Assembly (NCBI GenBank): GCA_044226015.1
Contig: JBGAHS010000001.1
Coordinates: forward strand, 288,001 to 352,000
Origin: Candidatus Obscuribacteraceae bacterium
Lineage (GTDB): Bacteria; Cyanobacteriota; Vampirovibrionia; Obscuribacterales; Obscuribacteraceae
Length of the DNA: 64,000 nucleotides
Direction of reading: 5' to 3'
The notes below the pieces were generated by a model. That model saw only the letters and a list, made by a program, of their open reading frames with translations. It was not told where the DNA came from and did not search any database. Both the position numbers and the translations under genes were made by a program. Of this stretch, positions 52,322-61,873 are shown one piece after another (the first letter of the stretch is position 1; each line of letters starts with the position of its first letter).

Positions 52322-52689
52322 TAGTCCTTGGTCGCCAATCTGGCGGCACAATTAGGAAGGGAACTGTACTCCGGTTCCCTTCTTTGTTCATTGTGCAATT
52401 GAGTGAACCGCTTCCCGGCATCAATTTTTTTTGCTGCATCCAGTCCAATATTTCTAGTATCTGAACAAGGCGTCTGGCTTTCACAAAACTTGCTGGAAGC
52501 AGAATTTGTTCCTAAGTTACTGAAAGTGAGAAAAGGATATCCTGTGTATATGCGGTTTTCCGCACTGATCCCGCTTTCTGTGAGTTTCAGTTTCTGGACT
52601 CGGAGGCGCTTCCCCATTAAATTCGAAGTAGATTTATTCGGGGTAGGCAGAGGCACATACAAAGTCTTTGCACAGGAATCGAGTTAAGT

Positions 52690-55116
52690 ATGGAAGCGAA
52701 CGAGAGAGACCAGAACAAGGTAAGCGATCACAAAAATGAAGCAAATCGAGGTGAGCAAGATTCGCTGATTAACAAGGTTGCACGAGAAAGCTTGGGCGAA
52801 AATCCTGGGAGGCTATTGACCTTTCAGAGCGCGCCCGATAATACGCTAGTTCGCTACGGCATAGTTTCCATTAACGGATTGGAGAACATCCCTAAAGGCG
52901 TTGTTCATTCGATTTCTCATAACATCAAAAATCCACTTCATGCCTTAGAGACCGCTGGTACAGCAGCTGGAATGGCGGTTGTTTTGAAAACGGTGCTGCC
53001 GGAGGGAGGAATCGCAGGCAAGTTGGCTGGTGCAGCCATAGGTGCATATTTTACGTACAAAGCCGCAGAACCAATTTTTGGTGCTTACAAAATCGCGCAC
53101 AATGCCACCACGATGTCTCAGCTAGATTTCGCGTCTAAGCAGATAGGTGAAGCTGGTGGTGCTTTCATTGTTGATTCTGCAATCGCTGCTGCGGGTTACA
53201 AGCTAGGGTCACATTACACAGAACGAGTCCTTAGCAGTCAATCGATGGATGGCTTCTCTGATGCAAAAGCGAATTTTTATTCCAGGCTTGGCGAGAGCGG
53301 TAAACGGTTTACTGACAGCTTAGGTGTCACCGCGCCCGACCAGAGTGGTCGGTATTCCTTTAAGAGTTCTGATGGATTGTCCAGCCGTGTTCGTTTGGGA
53401 GCCTCCGAGAGAACCGCTCCTAATGGAGTGTTGAAGGGTGAGCTGGACCCGACTGTTGAGATGGATGTCACCGTCATGCTCAAATCAAAAGGAAGCGATT
53501 TGCGTATGGATCGCACCCTTGCTCGAATTGCACAGGGGCGACAGGCGCCTTTGACAGAAGCACAATTTACCGAGCAATTTTCTGCAAAACCCGAGTCATT
53601 AAAAGCTGTGAGCCAGTTTGCTGAAACTAACGGATTGAAAGTCACTGAGTCAGACTTGCGTTCTGGTCGCGTTGTTTTGCACGGAAAAGTTGGCGATTTT
53701 TCAAACGCTTTTGAAACCAGGCTTGCCCAATATGAAAATTCAGGTTCAGTGTTTCGTGGACGCGAAGGTAGTTTGTCCGTGCCCTCAGATGTAGCTACAC
53801 ATATCGAGGGAGTTTTAGGGATGGACAATCGTCCTCAAGCGAGATCTTACGCAATAAGCAATTTGATAGAAGCGGAAAGACCGGCGATAAATAAGCTTGT
53901 GAATCCGAAAGGACCTGGTGATGTGCCTCCTTCCGGACCAACTCCGACTGAGCCAGGTCCCTCATTACCCAACGCTAAGCGTGGTGGTGTCATGCCAAAT
54001 GAAGTGGCTGATGCCTACAATTTTCCAAAGCAAACTACGGGTGAAGGTCAGGCAGTGGCGATTATTGAGCTTGGCGGCGGGCTTGATAAGGCTGAAAACA
54101 CTAAATACTACCAGCAGAATTCTTTGCCAGAGCCGAAGATCAATATTATTGAAATGAACGGAGTGAAGAACAAGCCTGGAATAGACTCAAGAGCAGACGC
54201 CGAAGTTCATTTGGATTCCCAGGTTATTGGTGTTGTCGCTTCTAAAGCTGAGCAGAATTTGATTTTTACTGAGAACTCAGACAAGGGGTTTATTGACGCT
54301 ATTACTCGTGCAACTTTCCCCGAGCCTGGTGATAAGCCCAGCTCAGCAATTAGCATAAGTTGGGGTGCGCCTGAAGAACTCTGGTCAAAACAGGGCATGG
54401 AAGGAATGAGTACTGCCTTGAAAAAGGCTGCACTCAAAGGTCTTTCGGTCTTCGCGGCGTCTGGAGATGATGGCGCTATCGACAATTCACGTTCTGGAAG
54501 TTTTCAGGTTGATTTTCCGGCATCTGAGCCTACCGTCACCGGCACTGGTGGCACCAGGCTGAATTTGAAAGATGGCGCTGTTGAGTCCGAAGTCGCCTGG
54601 AACAACGGCAGCAACAGCTCAGGTGGTGGTGGCGTTAGCCAGCAGTTCTCTATTCCCGAATATCAAAAGGGTGTAAATATTCCTGCCAATGCAAACAGAA
54701 GCGGCGGGGCCGGTCGTGGTGTTCCGGATGTTGCTGGAAATGCAGACCCCGTGACGGGCTATCGCATAAGAGTACCCGGCGGAGATTCGGTCACCGGCGG
54801 AACAAGCGCAGTTGCTCCACTATACGCTGCACTGACCATGCGTTTGAATGAAAGCCTCGGAAAACCGATTGGTAGTTTGAATCCGTGGCTCTACAAAAAT
54901 ACTGGAATATTCAACGACATTGTTCAAGGACACAATAATGGCTATAAGACTGCACCTGGTTGGGACGCAGTGACTGGTTGGGGATCGATCGATGGAACGA
55001 AAATGTTGGAAACATTGAAAACAAATCCGAATGTGAACCCCAGCTTTGGTCAATTTCAGTTTGTTGGTCCAAGTCAGGCTAACCTGCTTTCTCCACCAGA
55101 TCAAAGCCGTAAATAG
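52690..55116 (+). CDS. S53 (sedolisin/kumamolisin-like) serine-carboxyl protease with prodomain and the same N-terminal module
   Basis: Prodomain ending VLGMDNRPQAR; EVHLD, SISWG, ASGDDG, RGVPDVAG, GGTSAVAP, GWDAVTGWGS. Confidence 0.93.
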   Translation: MEANERDQNKVSDHKNEANRGEQDSLINKVARESLGENPGRLLTFQSAPDNTLVRYGIVSINGLENIPKGVVHSISHNIKNPLHALETAGTAAGMAVVLKTVLPEGGIAGKLAGAAIGAYFTYKAAEPIFGAYKIAHNATTMSQLDFASKQIGEAGGAFIVDSAIAAAGYKLGSHYTERVLSSQSMDGFSDAKANFYSRLGESGKRFTDSLGVTAPDQSGRYSFKSSDGLSSRVRLGASERTAPNGVLKGELDPTVEMDVTVMLKSKGSDLRMDRTLARIAQGRQAPLTEAQFTEQFSAKPESLKAVSQFAETNGLKVTESDLRSGRVVLHGKVGDFSNAFETRLAQYENSGSVFRGREGSLSVPSDVATHIEGVLGMDNRPQARSYAISNLIEAERPAINKLVNPKGPGDVPPSGPTPTEPGPSLPNAKRGGVMPNEVADAYNFPKQTTGEGQAVAIIELGGGLDKAENTKYYQQNSLPEPKINIIEMNGVKNKPGIDSRADAEVHLDSQVIGVVASKAEQNLIFTENSDKGFIDAITRATFPEPGDKPSSAISISWGAPEELWSKQGMEGMSTALKKAALKGLSVFAASGDDGAIDNSRSGSFQVDFPASEPTVTGTGGTRLNLKDGAVESEVAWNNGSNSSGGGGVSQQFSIPEYQKGVNIPANANRSGGAGRGVPDVAGNADPVTGYRIRVPGGDSVTGGTSAVAPLYAALTMRLNESLGKPIGSLNPWLYKNTGIFNDIVQGHNNGYKTAPGWDAVTGWGSIDGTKMLETLKTNPNVNPSFGQFQFVGPSQANLLSPPDQSRK

Positions 55117-55288
55117 GGATGATTCTCTATCACTAGTCAATCTTGCGATCTTGCCAGAAGAATCGTCTAGAAAAATACGAAGTCAGATTTTGCTGGACAA
55201 TGTCGACAAAAAGGGCGGTTCGAAAACCGCCCGAAAAGTCTCGGTGAATAATTTTTCCCGCTTGCTCAGCGAATGTGCCCGTTGGTTT

Positions 55289-55582
55289 TTAGCTGGCGAT
55301 GCAAATCATTGCGCCGAGTATGGCTGACGAAATGGCTCCCAGAGCAACTGTTGTTTTCAGTTTGCCTCTTACCCCTGCACCCAGCATGGGCAGCGCCAGG
55401 CAAGCAATTGTCAGCATTCCAGCGCTTACAATTGCGCTTGGTGTATACGGTACGTAGACGTTTCCAGCTTCGACGCATTTTGCCAGAGCAAATCCAAGCG
55501 CGAGCATGCCCGCGAACGATCCCGTCGCGATTACAACTCCCTTTGGAAGATTCCCTTCGTTTAGTGCCATTGCGTTTGACAT
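55289..55582 (-). CDS. Small 3-TM membrane protein
   Basis: Three hydrophobic segments from MSNAMAL; AAGGGA RBS. Confidence 0.55.
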   Translation of the reverse strand: MSNAMALNEGNLPKGVVIATGSFAGMLALGFALAKCVEAGNVYVPYTPSAIVSAGMLTIACLALPMLGAGVRGKLKTTVALGAISSAILGAMICIAS

Positions 55583-55782
55583 AATGCAAATCCCTTTTGT
55601 TCTTAACCTTGACCCTATTGTAATGTTGAAAAGGGTTTTCTGCCTATTCTTGAAAACTTTCCAATCTACCAGTAGTCGGCTTTTTCGAGGTTCTGCTTTG
55701 GACAAAATGCAGTGTTTTTACTGGAGTCTTCTGCCTGAAGGTCTTGATAAACTTGCTGCTATTGGAAGCTGGGAGTTATGAA

Positions 55783-57564
55783 ATGAAGCGAATACGCCGG
55801 TTTGCTTGTGCCGCCATTCTTTCGTGCACGTTGTCGATGAACTTTAATTTAGCGAATGCGGAAAAGCCACAAGCTCTAAGTGCGCTGGCCCAGATGCCTG
55901 TGAAGGAAGTAACTGTCTTCAAAGACGGGCACGCCTTCGTCATGCACGAAGGAAAAATGCCTACCGATGAGCAGGGCGATGTGTTGATGGATTACTTGCC
56001 TGCACCTGTCTTGGGCACGTTCTGGTCGTATTCGCTGGAGAAAGATGCCAAATTGAGTTCAGTTCTTGCTAGTAGGCATAAGGTTCTTGTGCCGCAGAGT
56101 GCCTTAAGAGTGGCCGAGTTTATTCGGGCTAATCCCGGTGCGCAAGTCGAGGTAGTAGAAGTTCGAAATCGCGGCTCTGCTAACGCCAGCACGATAACCT
56201 ATGATGCACAAATTGTAGGAACGCCAGAACGCAGCTCAGAAGAAATTGAGTCCACCTTGCCTCCAAACTCTGGTGAGCATTTACCGGAATACGGCGATTG
56301 TGTCTTGCTGAAGACAGCCGCTGGAGTCGCTCCTGTGCCATTGCAAAACATCGAATACGTCACATTCAAATCAGGTTTTCAATCGAAACTATCCAACGAG
56401 GAGTTTCGAAATCTTTTGCGTTTGAGATTGGATTGGTCAGGAAAGTCCGCAAGCAAGAATGCAGAAGTCGGAATGGCTTACTTGCAGTCAGGCATGCGTT
56501 GGATTCCCGAATACAGAATAAACATAGATGGGGCTGGGAATGCTCAATTGCGCTTGCAAGCGACATTGGTGAACGACCTTACTGATTTGAAAGATGTGGT
56601 ATGTCACTTCGTAGTGGGTGTGCCGTCGTTCTCTTTCAAGGACCAGGTCGACCCAATTTCATTGCAAGAAACAATAGTCAATGTTGCCTCTCATGCAAAT
56701 GGTTATGCCATGCAAAATCGCCTGTCGAACGCCATTATGAGCCAATCAGTGCAGTATGCCGACATGTCCTCAGTAGAGCCTGCGGCAAGCAGCACGCCAG
56801 AACTTAGTGGCTCGGCAAAAAATGAAGACCTTTATGTCTTCACCGTAAAACATGTCAGCTTGCGGAAGGGACAACGAATGGTTGTGCCTGTTTACGAGAC
56901 AACTCTAAAATACAAAGATATTTATACGCTGAACCTTCCATTCAGTCCGCCACCAGATGTGGTGCGTAATTTTAATCAGTCGCAGCAAAGCGAAATCGAA
57001 CGGATGTTGAAGGCTCCTAAATTTGTGCACAAGATAAGGCTTATGAATAAGTCCGATTACCCGCTGACCACGGCGCCTGCTTTGTTATTGAGAGATGATA
57101 AAGTTTTGGCGCAAGGCATGACTACTTATACAGCCGCAGGTGCAAAGAGTGATTTGACCTTAACTACCGCTGTAGATTTGAAAGTGAAGAAGCAGGACAA
57201 GGAAACGTCGCGTACACCAAATGCAGTGTCGTGGCAGGGCGATCAATATGGACGAATTGATTTGAGTGGTACTGTTAGTGTGACCAATTTTGGATCTAAC
57301 CCAGCCGATATTGAAGTGACACGCTTTGTGCTTGGCAAAACCGGTAAGGCAAGCAACGATGGCGTTTCCGAGATGGTGAATGTGTTTGAAGATTATGAGT
57401 TCTTGCCAGATGGAGGAAGTATTTATCCTGTCTGGTGGAGCTGGTACAACTGGCCCAATTGGTGGAGTCGAGTTAATGGGGTCGGCAAAATAAGTTGGAA
57501 CAAAACAATTGCACCGAAAGAGTCAATTGATCTCAACTATAACTGGAGCTACTTCTGGCGTTAG
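55783..57564 (+). CDS. Exported DUF4139/DUF4140-like protein
   Basis: Signal peptide; VKEVTVFKDG, MAYLQSGMRWIPEY, LQATLVND, VSLRKGQ, IDLNY. Confidence 0.7.
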   Translation: MKRIRRFACAAILSCTLSMNFNLANAEKPQALSALAQMPVKEVTVFKDGHAFVMHEGKMPTDEQGDVLMDYLPAPVLGTFWSYSLEKDAKLSSVLASRHKVLVPQSALRVAEFIRANPGAQVEVVEVRNRGSANASTITYDAQIVGTPERSSEEIESTLPPNSGEHLPEYGDCVLLKTAAGVAPVPLQNIEYVTFKSGFQSKLSNEEFRNLLRLRLDWSGKSASKNAEVGMAYLQSGMRWIPEYRINIDGAGNAQLRLQATLVNDLTDLKDVVCHFVVGVPSFSFKDQVDPISLQETIVNVASHANGYAMQNRLSNAIMSQSVQYADMSSVEPAASSTPELSGSAKNEDLYVFTVKHVSLRKGQRMVVPVYETTLKYKDIYTLNLPFSPPPDVVRNFNQSQQSEIERMLKAPKFVHKIRLMNKSDYPLTTAPALLLRDDKVLAQGMTTYTAAGAKSDLTLTTAVDLKVKKQDKETSRTPNAVSWQGDQYGRIDLSGTVSVTNFGSNPADIEVTRFVLGKTGKASNDGVSEMVNVFEDYEFLPDGGSIYPVWWSWYNWPNWWSRVNGVGKISWNKTIAPKESIDLNYNWSYFWR

Positions 57565-57580
57565 ACGCAGATCCCTTAAG

Positions 57581-58249
57581 CTATTTGATGAAGTACATCT
57601 TGTTTGGTAGCTTTTCACAGTCTTCGGCATGCCCGCCAGCAAGATCGGAATATTGATCGCCAATTGAAACTACGATCTTAAATCCCATATCCTCTATCTG
57701 TTTTCGAAAATTAGTTTTCATAACAGTCGCTGGACTGCTGTCATTGTCTGGTCTCATATAAAGTCCGTCATATGAAATGCCAGCGCCAATCAAATTATTA
57801 ATGGTTGAGCGACGGTCACTTTCATTCCTTCCGGTAATAAAGAAAATTGCAAACCCGTTCTTTCGAGCCCAGCTAAGAAATTCAGCGGTAGGCTTAAGAG
57901 GAGTGTCCTTTTCAGAGTCCAGCCATTTGTCCCAATCGGCCCAACCAGATTGTGGGTGTGCTTTGAAGTAAGCGCTATTGTCCAGGCAGGTTTCGTCGAT
58001 ATCGGATACGATTGCCAGATTTTTCTCACCCTTGTGTTTTTCACAAACCTTTCTTGCAGAAGCAACTGCGGCAGAAAACTCCTTCTTATACTCTGGAGTC
58101 TTCATGTACTTTAGCCCGTCTTCAATCGTGAATGTGTTTGGCTGCTCAGGCACTTTTACATCCGAGCATGGGCAAGCTATCGTTGCCGCAGCAATAAGAT
58201 TGCTCGCGATTACAGCGATACTAAATGCGGTGCTGAGAGACTTCATCAC
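57581..58249 (-). CDS. HAD subfamily IIIB acid phosphatase, exported
   Basis: VSDIDET, FITGR, YMRP, K, IGDQYSDL, KLPN. Confidence 0.92.
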   Translation of the reverse strand: MMKSLSTAFSIAVIASNLIAAATIACPCSDVKVPEQPNTFTIEDGLKYMKTPEYKKEFSAAVASARKVCEKHKGEKNLAIVSDIDETCLDNSAYFKAHPQSGWADWDKWLDSEKDTPLKPTAEFLSWARKNGFAIFFITGRNESDRRSTINNLIGAGISYDGLYMRPDNDSSPATVMKTNFRKQIEDMGFKIVVSIGDQYSDLAGGHAEDCEKLPNKMYFIK

Positions 58250-58287
58250 TAATCTCCATCGTCAGAATTGAGGAGATTATTGTACTG

Positions 58288-58953
58288 CTATTTCTTTTTT
58301 TTCGCCGAGCGATGTGTAAGAACGTCGAACTTATTATCTTTGCTATTCCAAACGATTGAAATGACTGATTTCTCGGACTGTCCAGCTCCAGTCTCATTTA
58401 TTACCGAAGGTCCACCAATCTGGGTGACATTGACATTTGAGCGTTGTGCGCGACCGCCAGTATCAATCATTAGAGCTTTACTATCCTTATCCCACCGGGT
58501 TGAGACGATATTTGTGGCGTTTGGCAAAAGTTCATGCAAAAGCACTTTTTGCTTGCCATCGTCGTCAGCAGTTGTGATTAGAATATAGAACTCCTTGCCA
58601 AGCATCATTTTAGGGTTGTCTTTTTCCAGGATGACGGCTTCATCCGTCCGCCCGTCTCCATTGAAATCACCGCTGAAGAGGCGTCCATCCTTATATATTT
58701 CCAGCTTTTCTTTGTGCCAGAGATCGATGCAGACCTGGTCTAAGCCGCAAAGCCGTTCCGAGCCGTCGCCATTTAAGGGGTCTAGCATTGCCTTGTAGAG
58801 GTCAAAGTCAAAGACCTTTTCTTGAGCCTGGCTAGCGCCAGCGCCGGAAGGGCTCGGTGAAGCAGCTTCCTCGGCATAGCTTCTGCCGCAGGTAATCAGC
58901 GCCAACATTGCGACGCTCAGGCTGATGGATTTTGCGAGTCTCATAGTAAACAT
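58288..58953 (-). CDS. Exported hypothetical protein with one FG-GAP/Ca-binding-like motif
   Basis: Signal peptide; GDFNGDGRTDEAV. Confidence 0.65.
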   Translation of the reverse strand: MFTMRLAKSISLSVAMLALITCGRSYAEEAASPSPSGAGASQAQEKVFDFDLYKAMLDPLNGDGSERLCGLDQVCIDLWHKEKLEIYKDGRLFSGDFNGDGRTDEAVILEKDNPKMMLGKEFYILITTADDDGKQKVLLHELLPNATNIVSTRWDKDSKALMIDTGGRAQRSNVNVTQIGGPSVINETGAGQSEKSVISIVWNSKDNKFDVLTHRSAKKKK

Positions 58954-59102
58954 CCGATAAGGTCCACAATATCAATTTTACAGAAAACCTTCGATTGCGG
59001 TAGCATCCATGACCAAAGTTGGATTGACATCATGACTATGAGAGAATTAAGCTGAGTTAAAGACTCTTTTGAGTCATTTGCACCATTGGTGGTATCAAAA
59101 AA

Positions 59103-60455
59103 ATGGATCAGAAGGCGGCGCACGGCAGTGATAAATGGGAGGAGTTGAAAGAGGCTCGAGCCACACTGCAAGCGTTTCTCAATCATCCTCAGTATAGAAA
59201 AACTCAGCGAATCGTTTTTGCTGTCTGTATAATTTGGGCTGCTTGCATTGTCGCGCAAAGTATTCCCTATTACATTTATATCCAGGAAGGTAAGAAGGCT
59301 GCGCTTTCTGGAAAGTTCGAGCAAGCTGAAGAGTTGTTCAATTCTGCTCTGAGTGAATCTAAGAATGACGATCCTACAGATCCCCGCCTGGCAAACGCTT
59401 TGAACAATCTTGGTGAACTCTATCGAAAGCGCGGTCAGTTCTCTAAAGCTGAACCGGTCTATAAGCAGCTTGCAGCTCTTGTCGAAAAGTTGGATAAAAA
59501 GAAGCAAGAACAAGTGATTGGCTTGAACAATATCGCGGCTTTCTACAGAGACAAAGGTGACTTTCAAAAAGCACAGTCCTTGCTTTCAAGAGCGAAAGAT
59601 ATTTGGGAGTCTTCAGTCAAAAAGATGAAGGACCCGAATTATGCCGCAGTGCTTGCGTCTCTGGGAAGGGTCTACAAAGAGCAGGGGCGATACTCAGAAT
59701 CTGAGCAGCTCTACAAGCAAGCCGTGGAAATAAGAGAAGCAGCTCAGGGCAAAAATCATGTCGATGTAGCTTCAGTGCTAGTAAGCCTCTCTGGGCTTTA
59801 CAGGAAAGAAGCGAAGTATGCTGAGGCAGAGCAAATTCTTGTGCGTGCCTTTCAAATTGATTCCGCTGAGCTGGGATTGCAGCATCCAGACACTGCCGCC
59901 GATGAAGCTGCTCTTGCTGGACTTTATCGCGAAACTCACAGGTACAAAGAAGCTGAACCTCTCTATGTGCAGTCGTTAAATACCCGTCGATTGCTACTCG
60001 GAGACAATCCGCAGACTGCAAAGAGTTTGCTCGGTCTGGGCGAGTTATACAAAGAAGAGAAGAAATTTGCGCTGGCGGAAAAGTTTGTACTGGAAGCACT
60101 TCAAATGGACAAAACCGTTTTTGGTAGTGATAAGCACCCCGACTGCGCCGATTGCTACAACTCGCTTAGCCAGATTTATCTTGCAGAGGGCAAGCGGGCT
60201 CAGGCTGAGCAAAGCATTGAACGTTGTTTGCAGCTGCGAAATGAGTTCTTGCCGCCCACGCACCCTGATATTGCAGAGTCATTGTTCAATAAGGCTGAGA
60301 TTCTGCGCGCTGATGGCAAGATTTCTGAAGCCGCGACCTGCTATGTCGATGCCGAGCGAATACAGGAAAAAGTCCTCGGAAAGGACCACCCGGCTTATCG
60401 CTGCACGATTCAGGCTCTTGAGCTTGTTCACGGCAATCAAAAGCGCCCCGGGTAA
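59103..60455 (+). CDS. Membrane-anchored TPR protein (kinesin-light-chain-type 42-aa repeats)
   Basis: One TM; repeats of HPD-x-A-xx-L-NN-LA-x-LY...EAE-x-LY. Confidence 0.9.
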   Translation: MDQKAAHGSDKWEELKEARATLQAFLNHPQYRKTQRIVFAVCIIWAACIVAQSIPYYIYIQEGKKAALSGKFEQAEELFNSALSESKNDDPTDPRLANALNNLGELYRKRGQFSKAEPVYKQLAALVEKLDKKKQEQVIGLNNIAAFYRDKGDFQKAQSLLSRAKDIWESSVKKMKDPNYAAVLASLGRVYKEQGRYSESEQLYKQAVEIREAAQGKNHVDVASVLVSLSGLYRKEAKYAEAEQILVRAFQIDSAELGLQHPDTAADEAALAGLYRETHRYKEAEPLYVQSLNTRRLLLGDNPQTAKSLLGLGELYKEEKKFALAEKFVLEALQMDKTVFGSDKHPDCADCYNSLSQIYLAEGKRAQAEQSIERCLQLRNEFLPPTHPDIAESLFNKAEILRADGKISEAATCYVDAERIQEKVLGKDHPAYRCTIQALELVHGNQKRPG

Positions 60456-60549
60456 AGAAGTTCCTCTTAATATATGCTTAGAACGGTCATTTCGGGCTGA
60501 AAAGGTCTTATGATCTCCTTTTGGAATGGCTTTCAACAGGACAGAACGC

Positions 60550-61629
60550 ATGTTTGGCAAGAAAAAAGGCGAAAAGGTTACCCAAGAGCAGGTATTGGCA
60601 GCTCTTTCGAAGGTGATGGACCCCGATTTGCATACGGACATCGTCACGCTCGGAATGATTTCCGACATTGCCATTAATGGAAGCAAAGTACACTTCAAGC
60701 TTACGCTGACAACACCAGCTTGTCCGGTGAAAGAAAAGCTCGAACAGGAAGCTAAAGAATCAGTGGCTGCTATTCCTGGTGTTGAAGAAGTGACAATGGA
60801 ATCAACAGCAACTGTCTCTTCACGCGGGAAGGTTGCAGGCAGAGAAGATGTGCCTGGCATCAGCCAAATCATAGCTGTGACATCGGGCAAGGGTGGCGTT
60901 GGAAAAACCACTGTTTCTATCAATCTTGCTGTAGCCCTTTCCAAGCTCGGCGCAAAAGTTGGCTTGTTGGATGCTGATATTACCGGTCCTAACGCACCGC
61001 TGATGCTTGGTGTCGGAGGGTATGAACCAACAACCCATGATAATAAGATTGTTCCGGCTGAGAATTTTGGGGTTAAGTGCATCTCGATGGCATTTTTTGT
61101 TTCGAGTGACACTCCTGTCATTTGGCGCGGACCAATGCTTGATAAAGCAATCAGACAATTTTTGAGAGATGTTGATTGGGGTGAACTCGATTATCTCGTG
61201 GTGGACATGCCTCCGGGCACTGGTGACGCTCAATTGACGATGTGCCAGGCTACTAATCTTGCTGGCGGTCTGGTTGTGACGACACCACAGGGAGTGGCAT
61301 GCTTGGACGCTCGAAAGGGTGTAGCGATGTTCCAGCAGATGCATGTGCCAGTTCTCGGAATGGTAGAGAACATGAGCTATTTCCTCAGCCCGCAAGGTGA
61401 GCGACTTGATATTTTTGGACATGGTGGTGGCAAGGCTCTGGCTGAAGAGTTGGAAATTCCATTCATTGGTGAAATTCCGCTGGAAACGGCAGTTCGTGTT
61501 GGTGGTGACACTGGCGCACCGATAGCCGCTACAGACCCAGACTCCGCTGCATCACAAGCGTTTCTCGAAATCGCTAAGAAGCTAGCTGCTCAAGTAAGTA
61601 TTCAGGCAATGCAGCCTGTTACTTGTTAG
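60550..61629 (+). CDS. mrp: Mrp/ApbC (NBP35) Fe-S cluster carrier ATPase
   Basis: DUF59 domain (DPDL, LTTPACP), GKGGVGKT, DADITGP, IWRGPM, DMPPGTGD, VENMS. Confidence 0.95.
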   Translation: MFGKKKGEKVTQEQVLAALSKVMDPDLHTDIVTLGMISDIAINGSKVHFKLTLTTPACPVKEKLEQEAKESVAAIPGVEEVTMESTATVSSRGKVAGREDVPGISQIIAVTSGKGGVGKTTVSINLAVALSKLGAKVGLLDADITGPNAPLMLGVGGYEPTTHDNKIVPAENFGVKCISMAFFVSSDTPVIWRGPMLDKAIRQFLRDVDWGELDYLVVDMPPGTGDAQLTMCQATNLAGGLVVTTPQGVACLDARKGVAMFQQMHVPVLGMVENMSYFLSPQGERLDIFGHGGGKALAEELEIPFIGEIPLETAVRVGGDTGAPIAATDPDSAASQAFLEIAKKLAAQVSIQAMQPVTC

Positions 61630-61873
61630 GCGAACGATCTGTCTTAAGGACTAAGTCCTTTTGAATATTGCAGTCATATTGAGTGAAACTTCGCAGTTCA
61701 GCTCACATTTGTTGCGATCCCGACTTGGGTTCCCGCTGCGAGCTTGAGGGACCGAGTTGCGATCCAGAGCTGGCTTACCGGTAGTTGGGAGCCACGCCAA
61801 CCGAACTGTGGCAAGGGATGAAAACTCGGAAAGCTGTCTCAGCAGCTGAACTCGTGTTTTGAGTTTATTTTCT

